A stretch of 64,000 nucleotides of DNA from Thermoanaerobaculia bacterium (GTDB taxonomy: Bacteria; Acidobacteriota; Thermoanaerobaculia; Multivoradales; UBA5704): positions 216,044 through 280,043 of the forward strand of contig DATHEF010000004.1 in assembly GCA_035490435.1 (NCBI GenBank), written 5' to 3'. The notes below the pieces were generated by a model. It had not been told where the DNA came from, did not search any database, and saw nothing but the letters and a program-made list of their open reading frames with translations. Position numbers and translations under genes: made by a program. This document shows positions 1 to 10,525 of the stretch, piece by piece; position 1 is the stretch's first letter; each line of letters starts with the position of its first letter.

Positions 1-1487
1 AACTCGCGGAAGGCCTGGACCAGCTCCTCGCCGAACATGCGCGGTAGCAGCTCGCCGCGCTGCTGGCCGTCGCCGTGCTCGCCGGAGAGTGAGCCGCCGT
101 GGGCGACCACCAGATCCGCCGCCTCCTCCACGAAAGTCCGGTAGGTCCGGATCCCTTCCGGTGCGCGGAAGTCGAAGTCGATGCGGGCGTGCAGGCACCC
201 CTCTCCGAAGTGGCCGTAGAGGGCGGCGCCGAGGCCGTGGCGGGCAAGGAGGGCGAGGAGATCGCGGAGGTAGGGGGCAAGACGCTCGGGCGGCACCGCC
301 GAATCCTCCCAGCCGGGCCAGCCGTCGCCGAGGCGCGGATCGCGCGAGGTGGTCGCCACCGCGGCCTCACGCACCTGCCAGATCCTCGCCTGCTCGGCCG
401 GAGCCTCCACCAGCAGAGCCTTCGAAAGCTGGCGCGCCCGCTCCAGCGCCTCCTCCCGGCTTTCGCCGCCGAATTCGACAAGCAGCCAGGCATCCCCCGG
501 CGGGAGAAGAGCGAGCGTTTCGGGATAAGACCGGCGGGTGAACTCGTTGTCGACCAGGAAGCGGTCCATCCCCTCCAGGCCGATCGGCCCCGCCGCCAGC
601 ACCTCGGGAACGCTCTCGGCGGCGCGCACGACATCCGGATATCCCAGCACGGCCAGCACGCGGGCCTTGGGCGCCGGCGTCAGGCGCACGGTGGCCTCGA
701 GGAAGGTGACGCAGGTCCCCTCGGTGCCGGCGAGAGCGCGGGCGACGTGGAAACCCCGCTCGGGGAGGAGATCGTCCAGATTGAAGCCGGAGACCCGCCG
801 GGAGAGCTGCGGGAAGCGCTCGCGGATCAGCCCGGCGTAGCGGTCCCGCAACTCGCGCAGCCGGCGGTAGATCTCGCCGCGCCGCCCCCCGGAGCGGACG
901 ATGCGGTCGATCTCCGCCTCCGGCGTCGCTCCTACCCGCAGCCGCAGGCCGTCATAGGTGAGGATCTCCAGCTCCTCGACGTTGTCGGAGGTCCGGCCGG
1001 TGGTCAGCGAATGGACGCCGCAGGAGTTGTTGCCGATCATGCCGCCGACCGTGCACCAGCCGTGGGTGGCGGGATCAGGGCCGAAGGTGAGCCCGTGCCG
1101 TAGAGCGTCGCGGCGGAGGTCGTCGAGCACCGTGCCGGGGCGGACGCGGGCGATTCGCCGCACGGGATCGATCTCGCGCACGCCGGTCAGATGGCGCGAG
1201 GCGTCGATCACCACCGCCACGTTGCAGCACTGCCCGGCGAGGCTGGTGCCCGCGCCGCGGTGGACGATCGGAGCTCTATAACGCCGGCAGGCCGCCACCG
1301 CCGCGATCAGATCCTCGTCGTCCACCGGGACCACGACCCCGATCGGCACCTGCCGGTAGTTCGAGGCATCGGTGGCGTAGAGGGCGCGGTGCCCTGCGTC
1401 GAAGCGCACCTCGCCGCGCAGGGAGCGGCGGAGATCGTCCTCGAGAGCGGTGGTGTCGCCGGGCCAGGGATTTTCTCGTCGGATCAT
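1..1487 (-). CDS. FAD-binding oxidoreductase (GlcD / D-lactate dehydrogenase-like), C-terminal part runs off the window
   Basis: Manual minus-strand translation from ATG at 1487..1485 gives MIRRENPWPGDTTALEDDLRRSLRGEVRFDAGHRALYATDASNYRQVPIGVVVPVDDEDLIAAVAACRRYRAPIVHRGAGTSLAGQ..., a typical FAD_binding_4 (PCMH) N-terminus with RGAGTS. The frame stays open to the window edge; it is missing from the ORF track because no stop lies inside the window. Confidence 0.75.
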   Translation of the reverse strand, partial: MIRRENPWPGDTTALEDDLRRSLRGEVRFDAGHRALYATDASNYRQVPIGVVVPVDDEDLIAAVAACRRYRAPIVHRGAGTSLAGQCCNVAVVIDASRHLTGVREIDPVRRIARVRPGTVLDDLRRDALRHGLTFGPDPATHGWCTVGGMIGNNSCGVHSLTTGRTSDNVEELEILTYDGLRLRVGATPEAEIDRIVRSGGRRGEIYRRLRELRDRYAGLIRERFPQLSRRVSGFNLDDLLPERGFHVARALAGTEGTCVTFLEATVRLTPAPKARVLAVLGYPDVVRAAESVPEVLAAGPIGLEGMDRFLVDNEFTRRSYPETLALLPPGDAWLLVEFGGESREEALERARQLSKALLVEAPAEQARIWQVREAAVATTSRDPRLGDGWPGWEDSAVPPERLAPYLRDLLALLARHGLGAALYGHFGEGCLHARIDFDFRAPEGIRTYRTFVEEAADLVVAHGGSLSGEHGDGQQRGELLPRMFGEELVQAFRE

Positions 1488-1592
1488 CCGGATGGCAGGT
1501 TACCCCAGTCGGGGGCTTTCGTGTCCGTAGTATCATCGAGCAAATCCTGAATTCATGGGCATGCTCCAAGACCGTATCGGCGGGGAGGGCAG

Positions 1593-2237
1593 ATGGCGCG
1601 AAAGGTTCTCGAGATCACGCTGAAGTCCCTGACCATTCAGCACAACGGCGAGATCACACGCCAGGACGGGCACAACCTCCTGACGGTGTCGCTGATCTAC
1701 CCGTGTCCAGGCAAGCCCACGATCACCACCGTCAAGCCGCTCAGCCTCGGCGAGGGGATGACGGTCAATTTCGACGCCGCGCCCTACACCTACGCCGACC
1801 GCATCCTCTTCAAGGAAGAGGTGATCGGTCCGACCCTGCTGGTGGCGCAACTGACCGACGTCGAGGTGCTCTCCAAATTCAACAAGTTCATGGCCGGCCT
1901 CTTCTCGACTGCCTTCTCCGCGGCCTGGAACCTCTTCGCGCCGGGCGGGGGGAACCTGCTCCTGGCGGCCGCCACGCACTCGGTCGCCGCCCTGCAGCTC
2001 GACACGCTGAAGACTACCGATGGGGACCGGCTCTATGTGATCGGACGCGCCTCGCTGCCGATCGACACCGCCCAGGCGCTCCCCGCGGGGACCGTGCCGC
2101 TGATGGTGCCTAGCGACGTCAAGCGCGACAAATTCGTGTTCGCTCCCGGCAGCAGTCAGCCGACCCGGAAAGAGCAGTTCATCCTGGCGGCCGGGCAGCA
2201 GAACGGATCGATCACTTTCGGAATTCGCGAGCTCTGA
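1593..2237 (+). CDS. hypothetical protein (214 aa), no recognisable domain
   Basis: Clean ORF with protein-like composition, followed 20 bp later by a membrane-protein gene. Local GC is visibly lower (about 58-60%) than the flanks. Confidence 0.6.
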   Translation: MARKVLEITLKSLTIQHNGEITRQDGHNLLTVSLIYPCPGKPTITTVKPLSLGEGMTVNFDAAPYTYADRILFKEEVIGPTLLVAQLTDVEVLSKFNKFMAGLFSTAFSAAWNLFAPGGGNLLLAAATHSVAALQLDTLKTTDGDRLYVIGRASLPIDTAQALPAGTVPLMVPSDVKRDKFVFAPGSSQPTRKEQFILAAGQQNGSITFGIREL

Positions 2238-2256
2238 TCACTCAAGGAGGATTGCC

Positions 2257-3291
2257 ATGCTAGGTTCCATGGTTCTGGATGTCGGTATCGGCTTGGTTCT
2301 GATCTATTTCCTGCTGAGCCTGATCTGCTCGACGATCAACGAGGGTATCTCCAATTTGTTCGGCCTTCGGGCCGCGTCCCTCAAGGAAGGGCTGGATAAC
2401 CTGCTCGGGTCCGAGCTGGCGCAAGGTATCTTCGATCATCACCTCGTCAAAGGTCTGGTGCAGCAGGATGCGCTGCCCTGGAAGCGCCGGCCCTCTTACA
2501 TTCCAACCCGGACCTTCGTCATGGCGGCGCTCCACTCGCTGAACGGCCAGAATTTTCCCGCCACGGTCGACGAAGTCCGAGTGGCGGTTCAGAATGTCAA
2601 GGATGAGAATGTCCGGCGAGCTCTGCTGGCACTGATCGACGACGCCCGAGGTGATTTCAGCAAGATGAAAGACAACCTCGGAGTCTGGTTCGATCACTCC
2701 ATGGATCGGGTCTCCGGCTGGTATCGCAGAAAGATTCAGAGCTACATCCTCATCATCGCCATCTTCATCAGCTTCGGGCTGGGGGTGGATACACTCGCGC
2801 TCGTAAAGTTCCTGCGGGCGGATTCGACGCTGAGGGAATCTCTGGTTGCAGTGGCGAAGGCCGAGGTCGAGAAGCCCGCCGCGCCAACAGTGACTGACGG
2901 TGCCGCTCCCAGTCCGGGCGCGCAACCGAACGCGGCCCAGAACCTCAAGAAGGATCTGGTGAATCTCGAGACGCTCCAGACGCAGTTTTTCAATCTCAAC
3001 ATCCCGCGCTACCCGCTTTATTACTTCAAGGACCGTGTGAAGGATTGGCAGGCCGGCCAGCCGCAAGGACAGGTCGCGACGGTCGCCGCCCGAACTCCAC
3101 CCTCGCCAGGTTTCGTGGCGGTCTTGTGGTTCTGGTTCTGGCAGCACTCCCTGGGCTTCTTCATCACTTCCGTAGCTCTTTCACTGGGCTCTCCATTCTG
3201 GTTCGATCTGCTCAACAAGCTTGTGAGCCTGCGCTCGACAGGCCAGAAGCCGAAACCAGAAGCCGCGGCGATCCAGACGGTCCAGGGATAG
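2257..3291 (+). CDS. hypothetical integral membrane protein (344 aa)
   Basis: N-terminal TM ([19 protein letters not shown]), central TM ([18 protein letters not shown]) and C-terminal Trp-rich TM ([23 protein letters not shown]). RBS aaggagg upstream. Lower GC (about 55%). Confidence 0.6.
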   Translation: MLGSMVLDVGIGLVLIYFLLSLICSTINEGISNLFGLRAASLKEGLDNLLGSELAQGIFDHHLVKGLVQQDALPWKRRPSYIPTRTFVMAALHSLNGQNFPATVDEVRVAVQNVKDENVRRALLALIDDARGDFSKMKDNLGVWFDHSMDRVSGWYRRKIQSYILIIAIFISFGLGVDTLALVKFLRADSTLRESLVAVAKAEVEKPAAPTVTDGAAPSPGAQPNAAQNLKKDLVNLETLQTQFFNLNIPRYPLYYFKDRVKDWQAGQPQGQVATVAARTPPSPGFVAVLWFWFWQHSLGFFITSVALSLGSPFWFDLLNKLVSLRSTGQKPKPEAAAIQTVQG

Positions 3292-3323
3292 GGTGGGGCG
3301 GGCGGGAGATATACTCCCCGCTC

Positions 3324-5057
<1,734 letters not shown>

Positions 5058-5081
5058 AGCGAGGGAGGAACGTCGGAGGTT

Positions 5082-5169
5082 GAGGACGCGGAAGGCGCGA
5101 GGCATCTGGAGGGTTGGCGCCGCCGCGGCGGCGCCAACCCTCCAGATCCCTCGTACCTTCCGCGTCCTC
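5082..5169. repeat. 88-bp near-perfect palindrome (long hairpin or cruciform; possible bidirectional terminator)
   Basis: gaggacgcggaagg(c/t)(g/a)cgagg(c/g)atctggagggttggcgccgccgc is followed by its reverse complement, so both strands give near-identical spurious ORFs (MRTRK(A/V)RGIWRVGAAAAAPTLQ...). Confidence 0.85.
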
Positions 5170-5215
5170 AACCCCTACCGAACCGCACTACACCGGGGCG
5201 AAAAGACCGGAGCGT

Positions 5216-5367
5216 CCGTGGCCTGCGACCTCATCCTCTGTCTCCTTCTCCTGAAGGAGAAGGAGGACGTATCTGGGCCGGCTCCTCTGCGCTTCGGCAA
5301 TGTCGCTTCAGACAGGTCCCTCCTCTCCTTCAGGAGAGGAGGACAGGAGGTGAGGTCGCAGGCCACG
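5216..5367. repeat. REP-like palindromic element (GGCCTGCGACCTCAyCCTC...CTCCTGAAGGAGArGGAGG family), two inverted half-copies
   Basis: The left arm cgtggcctgcgacctcatcctctgtctccttctcctgaaggagaaggagg pairs with the right arm ...cctcctctccttcaggagaggaggacaggaggtgaggtcgcaggccacg. A third half-copy lies at 54585..54632. Confidence 0.8.
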
Positions 5368-5439
5368 GATGCCACGATCTCGGCTGATACTCTCAGATCC
5401 CGGTTCCACCGTCGTCCGAGCGATAGGCAGCGCTGGCCC

Positions 5440-5893
5440 TCCGGATCGCGCTTTCCGCCTTCCGTGTTTCCGCATGGGCCCACGGGCTCTGCGGATGCGC
5501 CTCACCGATCTCCGAGTCCGCTTACCCGATCGCCGTGTCTTCCCGCCCGATCTCCACGTGCGCCCACCGGAACTGCGGTCGCGCCCCCTGGATCTCTGTG
5601 TGCGCCCTCTGGTTCCGCGATTGCGCCGGCTGGTTCTCTGTGTGTGCCCCCTGGAACTGCGGTCGCGCGCAAGGGAAGGCCGTGCCGGCGTGACGACGGG
5701 CTGACTCCGCTTTCCAGAGGGCTGGTGCGTGGAAGCAGAGGGCGCCAACACGAGACCAGAGGGCGCGGTCTGCCCTCAGAAGCTATGGGACGCGGCTCCA
5801 GAGGGCGCAATCGCAGCTCCAGAGGGCACACACGGAAAAACCAGAGGGCACGGTCCACCGAGCAGAGGGCGCGACCGCATCAGCAGAGGGCGC
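5440..5893. repeat. complex intergenic repeat cluster: inverted arrays of short GCGCCCTCTGG / CCAGAGGGCGC motifs
   Basis: Left arm carries gcgccccctgg, gcgccctctgg and gtgccccctgg units. The right arm carries six cagagggcgc/cagagggcac units spaced 20-30 bp. The arms are imperfect reverse complements of each other over about 200 bp. Confidence 0.8.
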
Positions 5894-5897
5894 TACG

Positions 5898-6773
5898 CTA
5901 GCGTCCTTCGATCGGTACCGCGAACTGGTCGAGCTGAGTCAGATCGCGCCGGTAGGCGGTGACCGCCACGCGGTCCGGATAGACGTCGACGACGCAGAAG
6001 TGGTTCACCTTCTCGAAGACGTCGCCAGGAACCCCGAGCTCGGGGTGCTCGCCGTCGTAGAGCGGGGCGCCGCCGCCGCCGGTGACGACGTAGGTGATGC
6101 CGTCCCTCAGGGTGCGGTAGTAGATGTGGTCGTGCCCCTCGAAGACCAGGCGGACCCCGTATTTCCTGAACAGCGGATGGAGGATCGCCTGCAAGGCCAG
6201 GATTCCGCTCTCGTCGGCGTGGGGTCCGGTCGAGAAGATCGCCTTGTGGAAGAAGGGGACGATGAGCTTCCCCTCGGACCGCGCCCTGGCGAGGTCGGCT
6301 TCGAGCCAGCGCCCCTCCTCGCTCGCCGGGTCGAGCGGCTGCTGGGTGTCGACGGCGATGAAGTGGAGGTTCCCCTTCTCGAAGGAGTAGTAGAGCTTGT
6401 TGCCGGAGAGGAACGGCTGGGTCACCCGCTGCTCGTAGTAGCCGTGGGTGCCCATGTCGTGGTTGCCGCGGGCCGGGTAGTAGGGGATCTGCCGCCGCAT
6501 GTCGCCGGTGATCTCGTCGAAGATCCGCCATTCGTCCGCGGCGTCGCCATGGCGAACGAGGTCGCCGGTCTGCAGGACCAGCGCCGGCTGGAAGCTCATC
6601 ACTCCCTTGACGATCTCGCGGTGGATGTCGTGGTTGTCGCGGGTGTCGCCATACGCGGCGAAGCGGAGCAGGGCTCTCGCCGGCGCCGGCAAGGGGTTCT
6701 GAGCCTGGGGCGTCTGGGAGCAGGCGGAGACCAGCAGGGCGAGCAGGAAGGCGAAACAGGGGGTGGGTTTCAT
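5898..6773 (-). CDS. calcineurin-like metallophosphoesterase, secreted or lipoprotein
   Basis: MKPTPCFAFLLALLVSACSQ signal/lipobox, then GDTRDNH...GNHD...GHDH metallophosphatase motifs. Start trimmed from the 791-aa ORF-track call to the Met preceding the signal peptide. Confidence 0.8.
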   Translation of the reverse strand: MKPTPCFAFLLALLVSACSQTPQAQNPLPAPARALLRFAAYGDTRDNHDIHREIVKGVMSFQPALVLQTGDLVRHGDAADEWRIFDEITGDMRRQIPYYPARGNHDMGTHGYYEQRVTQPFLSGNKLYYSFEKGNLHFIAVDTQQPLDPASEEGRWLEADLARARSEGKLIVPFFHKAIFSTGPHADESGILALQAILHPLFRKYGVRLVFEGHDHIYYRTLRDGITYVVTGGGGAPLYDGEHPELGVPGDVFEKVNHFCVVDVYPDRVAVTAYRRDLTQLDQFAVPIEGR

Positions 6774-6845
6774 CGGAGTCTCCTTGGCGGGGTAGAATAG
6801 GGCAAAGCTTCGATCTGATCCACGCGCCCGAGGGAGGAGAATCCG

Positions 6846-8150
6846 ATGCGCCGCTCCGCCGCGTTCCGTTCCGTCGCCCTGGCGACTCTGCTGCTCTTCT
6901 CCGTCTCCTGCGTCTCGACGCGGCTGCCGCCGATCTCGAGCCAGGGCGGGGCTTTCGAGCCGCTGCACGACGAGCAGATCCTCTGGGACCAGTCCCGGGG
7001 GGAGGAGAGGAAGCTCCTCGAGGACATCCGGCTCTACAAGGATCCGGGCCTCGACGCCTATCTGGAGGAGGTGGTCGCCCGCCTCAACCCGCCCGGCATG
7101 GCCTCCAATGAGGCCGTGCGGTACCGGGTGCGAGTGATCGAGGACCCCACGCTCAACGCCTTCGCCTACCCGCACGGCTCGATCTATGTCCACACCGGGC
7201 TGCTCGCGCGTTTGGAGAGCGAGGACGAGCTGGCGACGGTGCTCGGCCATGAGATGACCCACGTCGAGAACCGCCACATGCTGCGCTATCAGCGGAGCGC
7301 CCACAACAAGGAGATCGGCCTCTCGATCGCCGCCGTCACCGCCTCGGTAATCCTCGCCGGTGTCGAGGGGGATGCCCTGAATGCCGGCGACTGGGGGAAA
7401 GCGGCGGCGATCGACCTCTTCGGCAATCTGCTCGTCGGGCTCGGGCTGGATCTCGCCTTCCAGGCGTCGGTCAACGGCTACGGCCGCGGTCTCGAGGAGG
7501 AGGCGGACCTGGGCGGCTTCACCAAGCTGGCCGCGGCGGGCTACGACCTCCAGGAGGCGCCGAAGGTCTACCAGGCGCTCCTCGACGACCAGGGGGAGCC
7601 CCACCGGGCCGAGGCGTTCTTCTTCGGCAGCCATCCGCGCCTGAGCGAGCGGATCGAGGTCACCCGGCGCTATCTGGGAGCGCACGCGGCGGTGGCGGGC
7701 GTGGTGATCGACCGCGCCGGCCGGCAGGAGGCCTTCGCCCGCCACCTCCGGCCGCTGGTGCGGGAGGACGCCCGGCTCAACATCGAGATGGGGCGGCTGA
7801 TGCTCGCCGAGGCCGAGCTCCGGAGGGTGCGGGAGTGGATGCCCGAAGACCCCGAGACCCACTTCCTCAAGGGGCGGCTGCGGCTCGCCCAGTCGGTCGC
7901 CGAGCAGAGCCCGGAGGCGCGGGCGCGGCTCCAGGGGGAGGCCGAGGACGCTTTCCGCAAGGCGATCGAGCTCGACGGCGACCGCCCGGCGCCGCACCGC
8001 GAGCTGGGGCTGCTGCTGCGCGAGCGCAAGGACTTCCGCGGCGCCTGCGTGCAGCTCCGGCGCTACGAGCAGCTCGATCCGCAGGCCGACGACGCCGGGC
8101 AGATCGAGGATTCGATCGCCGAGTTGGAGGGGTTCGGCGGCTGCGGGTAG
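6846..8150 (+). CDS. M48 family zinc metallopeptidase with C-terminal TPR-like region
   Basis: Signal peptide; HEMTH (HExxH) with downstream E; Peptidase_M48-type context (LGHEMTHVENRHM). Confidence 0.8.
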   Translation: MRRSAAFRSVALATLLLFSVSCVSTRLPPISSQGGAFEPLHDEQILWDQSRGEERKLLEDIRLYKDPGLDAYLEEVVARLNPPGMASNEAVRYRVRVIEDPTLNAFAYPHGSIYVHTGLLARLESEDELATVLGHEMTHVENRHMLRYQRSAHNKEIGLSIAAVTASVILAGVEGDALNAGDWGKAAAIDLFGNLLVGLGLDLAFQASVNGYGRGLEEEADLGGFTKLAAAGYDLQEAPKVYQALLDDQGEPHRAEAFFFGSHPRLSERIEVTRRYLGAHAAVAGVVIDRAGRQEAFARHLRPLVREDARLNIEMGRLMLAEAELRRVREWMPEDPETHFLKGRLRLAQSVAEQSPEARARLQGEAEDAFRKAIELDGDRPAPHRELGLLLRERKDFRGACVQLRRYEQLDPQADDAGQIEDSIAELEGFGGCG

Positions 8151-8196
8151 CCAGTCTGGAGTAGAGTCTCCAGGACCAACTCGTTCTGGAGGTTCC

Positions 8197-10263
8197 ATGC
8201 GCAAGCTGTTCATTTGTTTCGCGATGCTGACGGCGGCCCTCCCCGCGCTGGCGGCGGACCCGCATCCGTTCAACGTCCATGATCTGGTGACGATGCAGCG
8301 GATCTCGGACCCTCAGCCCTCGCCGCGGGGGGACCGGGTCGCCTTCGTCCTCCGCTCCACGGATCTCGACGCCAACCGGGGTCGCACCGATCTCTGGATC
8401 GTCAATGCCGACGGCGGCGGCCTCGCCCGGCTGACCACCGATCCGGCGTCGGACGACACCCCCCGCTGGGCGCCGGACGGCCAGAGCCTCTACTTCCTCT
8501 CCAGCCGCTCCAAGTCGAGCCAGGTCTGGAAGTTGCCGGTCGCTGGGGACACCGTGGGCGACCCCGTGCAGGTGACCCATCTCCCTCTCGACGTCGCGAA
8601 CCTCACCCTCTCGCCCGACGGCTCGCGGCTCGCCTTCAGTCTCGAGGTCTACGCCGACTGCCCGACGGTCGCCTGCACGAAAGAGCGGCTGGACCAGAAG
8701 GAGAAGGAGAAGTCCTCCGGCCAGCTCTTCCAGGGGGATGCCGGCTTCTTCCGCCACTGGGACGTCTGGTCCTCGGGGCTGCGCAACCATATTTTCACCC
8801 TGCCGGCCTCTGGCGAGGGCGATCCGGTCGACCTCTCGCGCGGCATGAACGCCGACGCCCCCTCGCGCCCCTTTGGCGGCTCCGAGGAGTTCACCTTCTC
8901 GCCCGACGGCCGCACGTTGGTCTTCACCGCCCGCCTCGGCGGCCGCGAGGAGCCGTGGTCGACCAACTTCGACCTCTACAGCGTGCCGGCGGACGGCTCG
9001 CAGGCGCCCCGGAACCTGACGCAGGCCAACCTCGCCTGGGACACCCAGCCGGTCTTCTCGCCGGACGGCAAGACCCTGGCCTACCTCGCAATGTCCCGCG
9101 CGGGCTTCGAGGCCGACCGCTTCCGCATCCGGCTGCGCGACCTCGCCACCGGCCGCGAGCGGGTGCTCGCGGAGGCCTGGGACCGCTCGCCGGCCGGGGT
9201 CTTCTTCTCGGCGGACGGCCGCACTCTCTATGCCTCGGCCGGTGACGTGGGGCAGACGCCGCTCTTCGCCATCGACGTCGCGACCGGCAAGGTGACCAAG
9301 CTGGTGTCCCAGGGGCACGTCCATGATCCGAAGCTCGCCGGCGACCGCATCGTCTACGGCCTCGATACCCTGATCTCGCCGGTGGAGCTGTACACGGTGG
9401 GGCGCGACGGCACGGGGGTGTCCCAGCTCACCCACGTCAACCAGGAGGCGCTCGCCGCCATCCGCATGGGGGAGCCGGAGCAGTTCTCCTTCAAGGGGGC
9501 CAACGGCGATACGGTCTGGGGGTGGGTGACCAAGCCGGTCGGCTTCCAGGCGGGCAGGAAGTACCCGCTGGCCTTCCTCATCCACGGCGGCCCCCAGGGA
9601 TCGTTCAGCAACGAGTTCCACTACCGCTGGAACCCGCAGCCCTACGCGGGGGCGGGGTACGCGGTGATCACCATCGACTTCCACGGCTCGACCGGCTACG
9701 GCCAGGCGTTCACCGACGCCATCACCCGGGACTGGGGGGGCAAGCCGCTGGTCGACCTTCAGAAGGGGCTCGCCGCCGCCCTCCAGCGCTACCCCTGGAT
9801 CGACGGCACGCGGGCGTGCGCTCTCGGCGCCTCCTACGGCGGCTTCATGATCAACTGGATCCAGGGCAACTGGCCCAACGCCTTCAAGTGCCTGGTCGAC
9901 CATGACGGCACCTTCGATCAGCGGATGATGTATTACGGCACCGAGGAGCTCTGGTTCCCGGAGTGGGAGATGGGCGGCACCTACTGGCAGCACCCGCAGC
10001 TCTACGAGAAGAACAACCCGGTGAATTTCGTCGACCGCTGGAAGACCCCGATGCTGGTCGTCCACAGCGCCCTCGACTACCGCATCCCGGTCACCCAGGG
10101 GATCGCCGCCTTCAACGTCCTCCAGCGCAAGGGGATCGCCAGCCAGTTCCTCTACTTTCCCGACGAGAACCACTGGATCCTCAAGCCGGCCAACAGCATC
10201 CTCTGGCACGACACCGTGCTGACCTGGCTCGACCGCTGGCTGGGGCCCGGGGGAAGCAAGTAA
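8197..10263 (+). CDS. S9 family serine peptidase (prolyl oligopeptidase / acylaminoacyl-peptidase-like) with N-terminal TolB-like beta-propeller
   Basis: Signal peptide MRKLFICFAMLTAALPALA; propeller repeats (SPDG...); GASYGGFM nucleophile elbow (GxSxGG); D and H of the catalytic triad lie in the C-terminal alpha/beta hydrolase fold. Confidence 0.85.
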   Translation: MRKLFICFAMLTAALPALAADPHPFNVHDLVTMQRISDPQPSPRGDRVAFVLRSTDLDANRGRTDLWIVNADGGGLARLTTDPASDDTPRWAPDGQSLYFLSSRSKSSQVWKLPVAGDTVGDPVQVTHLPLDVANLTLSPDGSRLAFSLEVYADCPTVACTKERLDQKEKEKSSGQLFQGDAGFFRHWDVWSSGLRNHIFTLPASGEGDPVDLSRGMNADAPSRPFGGSEEFTFSPDGRTLVFTARLGGREEPWSTNFDLYSVPADGSQAPRNLTQANLAWDTQPVFSPDGKTLAYLAMSRAGFEADRFRIRLRDLATGRERVLAEAWDRSPAGVFFSADGRTLYASAGDVGQTPLFAIDVATGKVTKLVSQGHVHDPKLAGDRIVYGLDTLISPVELYTVGRDGTGVSQLTHVNQEALAAIRMGEPEQFSFKGANGDTVWGWVTKPVGFQAGRKYPLAFLIHGGPQGSFSNEFHYRWNPQPYAGAGYAVITIDFHGSTGYGQAFTDAITRDWGGKPLVDLQKGLAAALQRYPWIDGTRACALGASYGGFMINWIQGNWPNAFKCLVDHDGTFDQRMMYYGTEELWFPEWEMGGTYWQHPQLYEKNNPVNFVDRWKTPMLVVHSALDYRIPVTQGIAAFNVLQRKGIASQFLYFPDENHWILKPANSILWHDTVLTWLDRWLGPGGSK

Positions 10264-10289
10264 ACGATTTTTTGTTCCTTTTGAGCTCT

Positions 10290-10336
10290 GAGGGCGGCCC
10301 GCGGGCCGCCCTCAACGTTTGCAGGTTTTTTTGTTG
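10290..10336 (+). terminator. putative rho-independent terminator of the S9 peptidase gene
   Basis: GC hairpin gagggcggcccgcgggccgccctc followed by a T-rich run (gtttgcaggtttttttgttg). Confidence 0.5.
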
Positions 10337-10525
10337 AGCATTGGGGATAGTGATCCGCAAACCCCCGAAAAACGGGCTCTCGAAAAAAAGTTCGGGATTT
10401 TTGTCCCGGAAAACCCCTCAGCGGAAACGAAGGTATTAGAGGCGATATGAACAGCCGTCCCGTTCACTCGACGTGCAGGGGAGGGTCGACCCATCGCCGG
10501 CTTCACCGAAGGAGGAGGATGAGCC

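Noticed and set aside
3045-3323. Upstream extension of the TPP-enzyme gene (ORF-track start 3045)
   Set aside because: It would overlap the preceding membrane-protein gene by about 250 bp and encodes an R/G-rich non-homologous N-terminus. The first Met after the upstream stop (3324) precedes the conserved TPP N-domain.
5080-5901. ORF-track proteins MRTRKARGIWRVGAAAAAPTLQ... (plus strand) and the mirror minus-strand ORF
   Set aside because: They arise from a perfect DNA palindrome, so both strands translate identically. The downstream sequence is repeat-derived and Arg/Pro-rich.
7867-10209. 780-aa minus-strand ORF and similar long opposite-strand ORFs (10436..12028, 19390..21417, 19698..21563, 3021..4511, 45771..47855, 53509..54720, 54384..55667)
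   Set aside because: Extreme R/A/G/P-rich low-complexity translations typical of antisense frames in 70%-GC DNA. Each overlaps a gene with clear family motifs on the other strand.
10447-10525. Small peptide MNSRPVHSTCRGGSTHRRLHRRRRMSH... upstream of the Cys-cluster protein as a possible precursor
   Set aside because: It is the start of a 248-aa out-of-frame read-through ORF with R-rich composition and no independent RBS, so it is not supportable as a separate gene.
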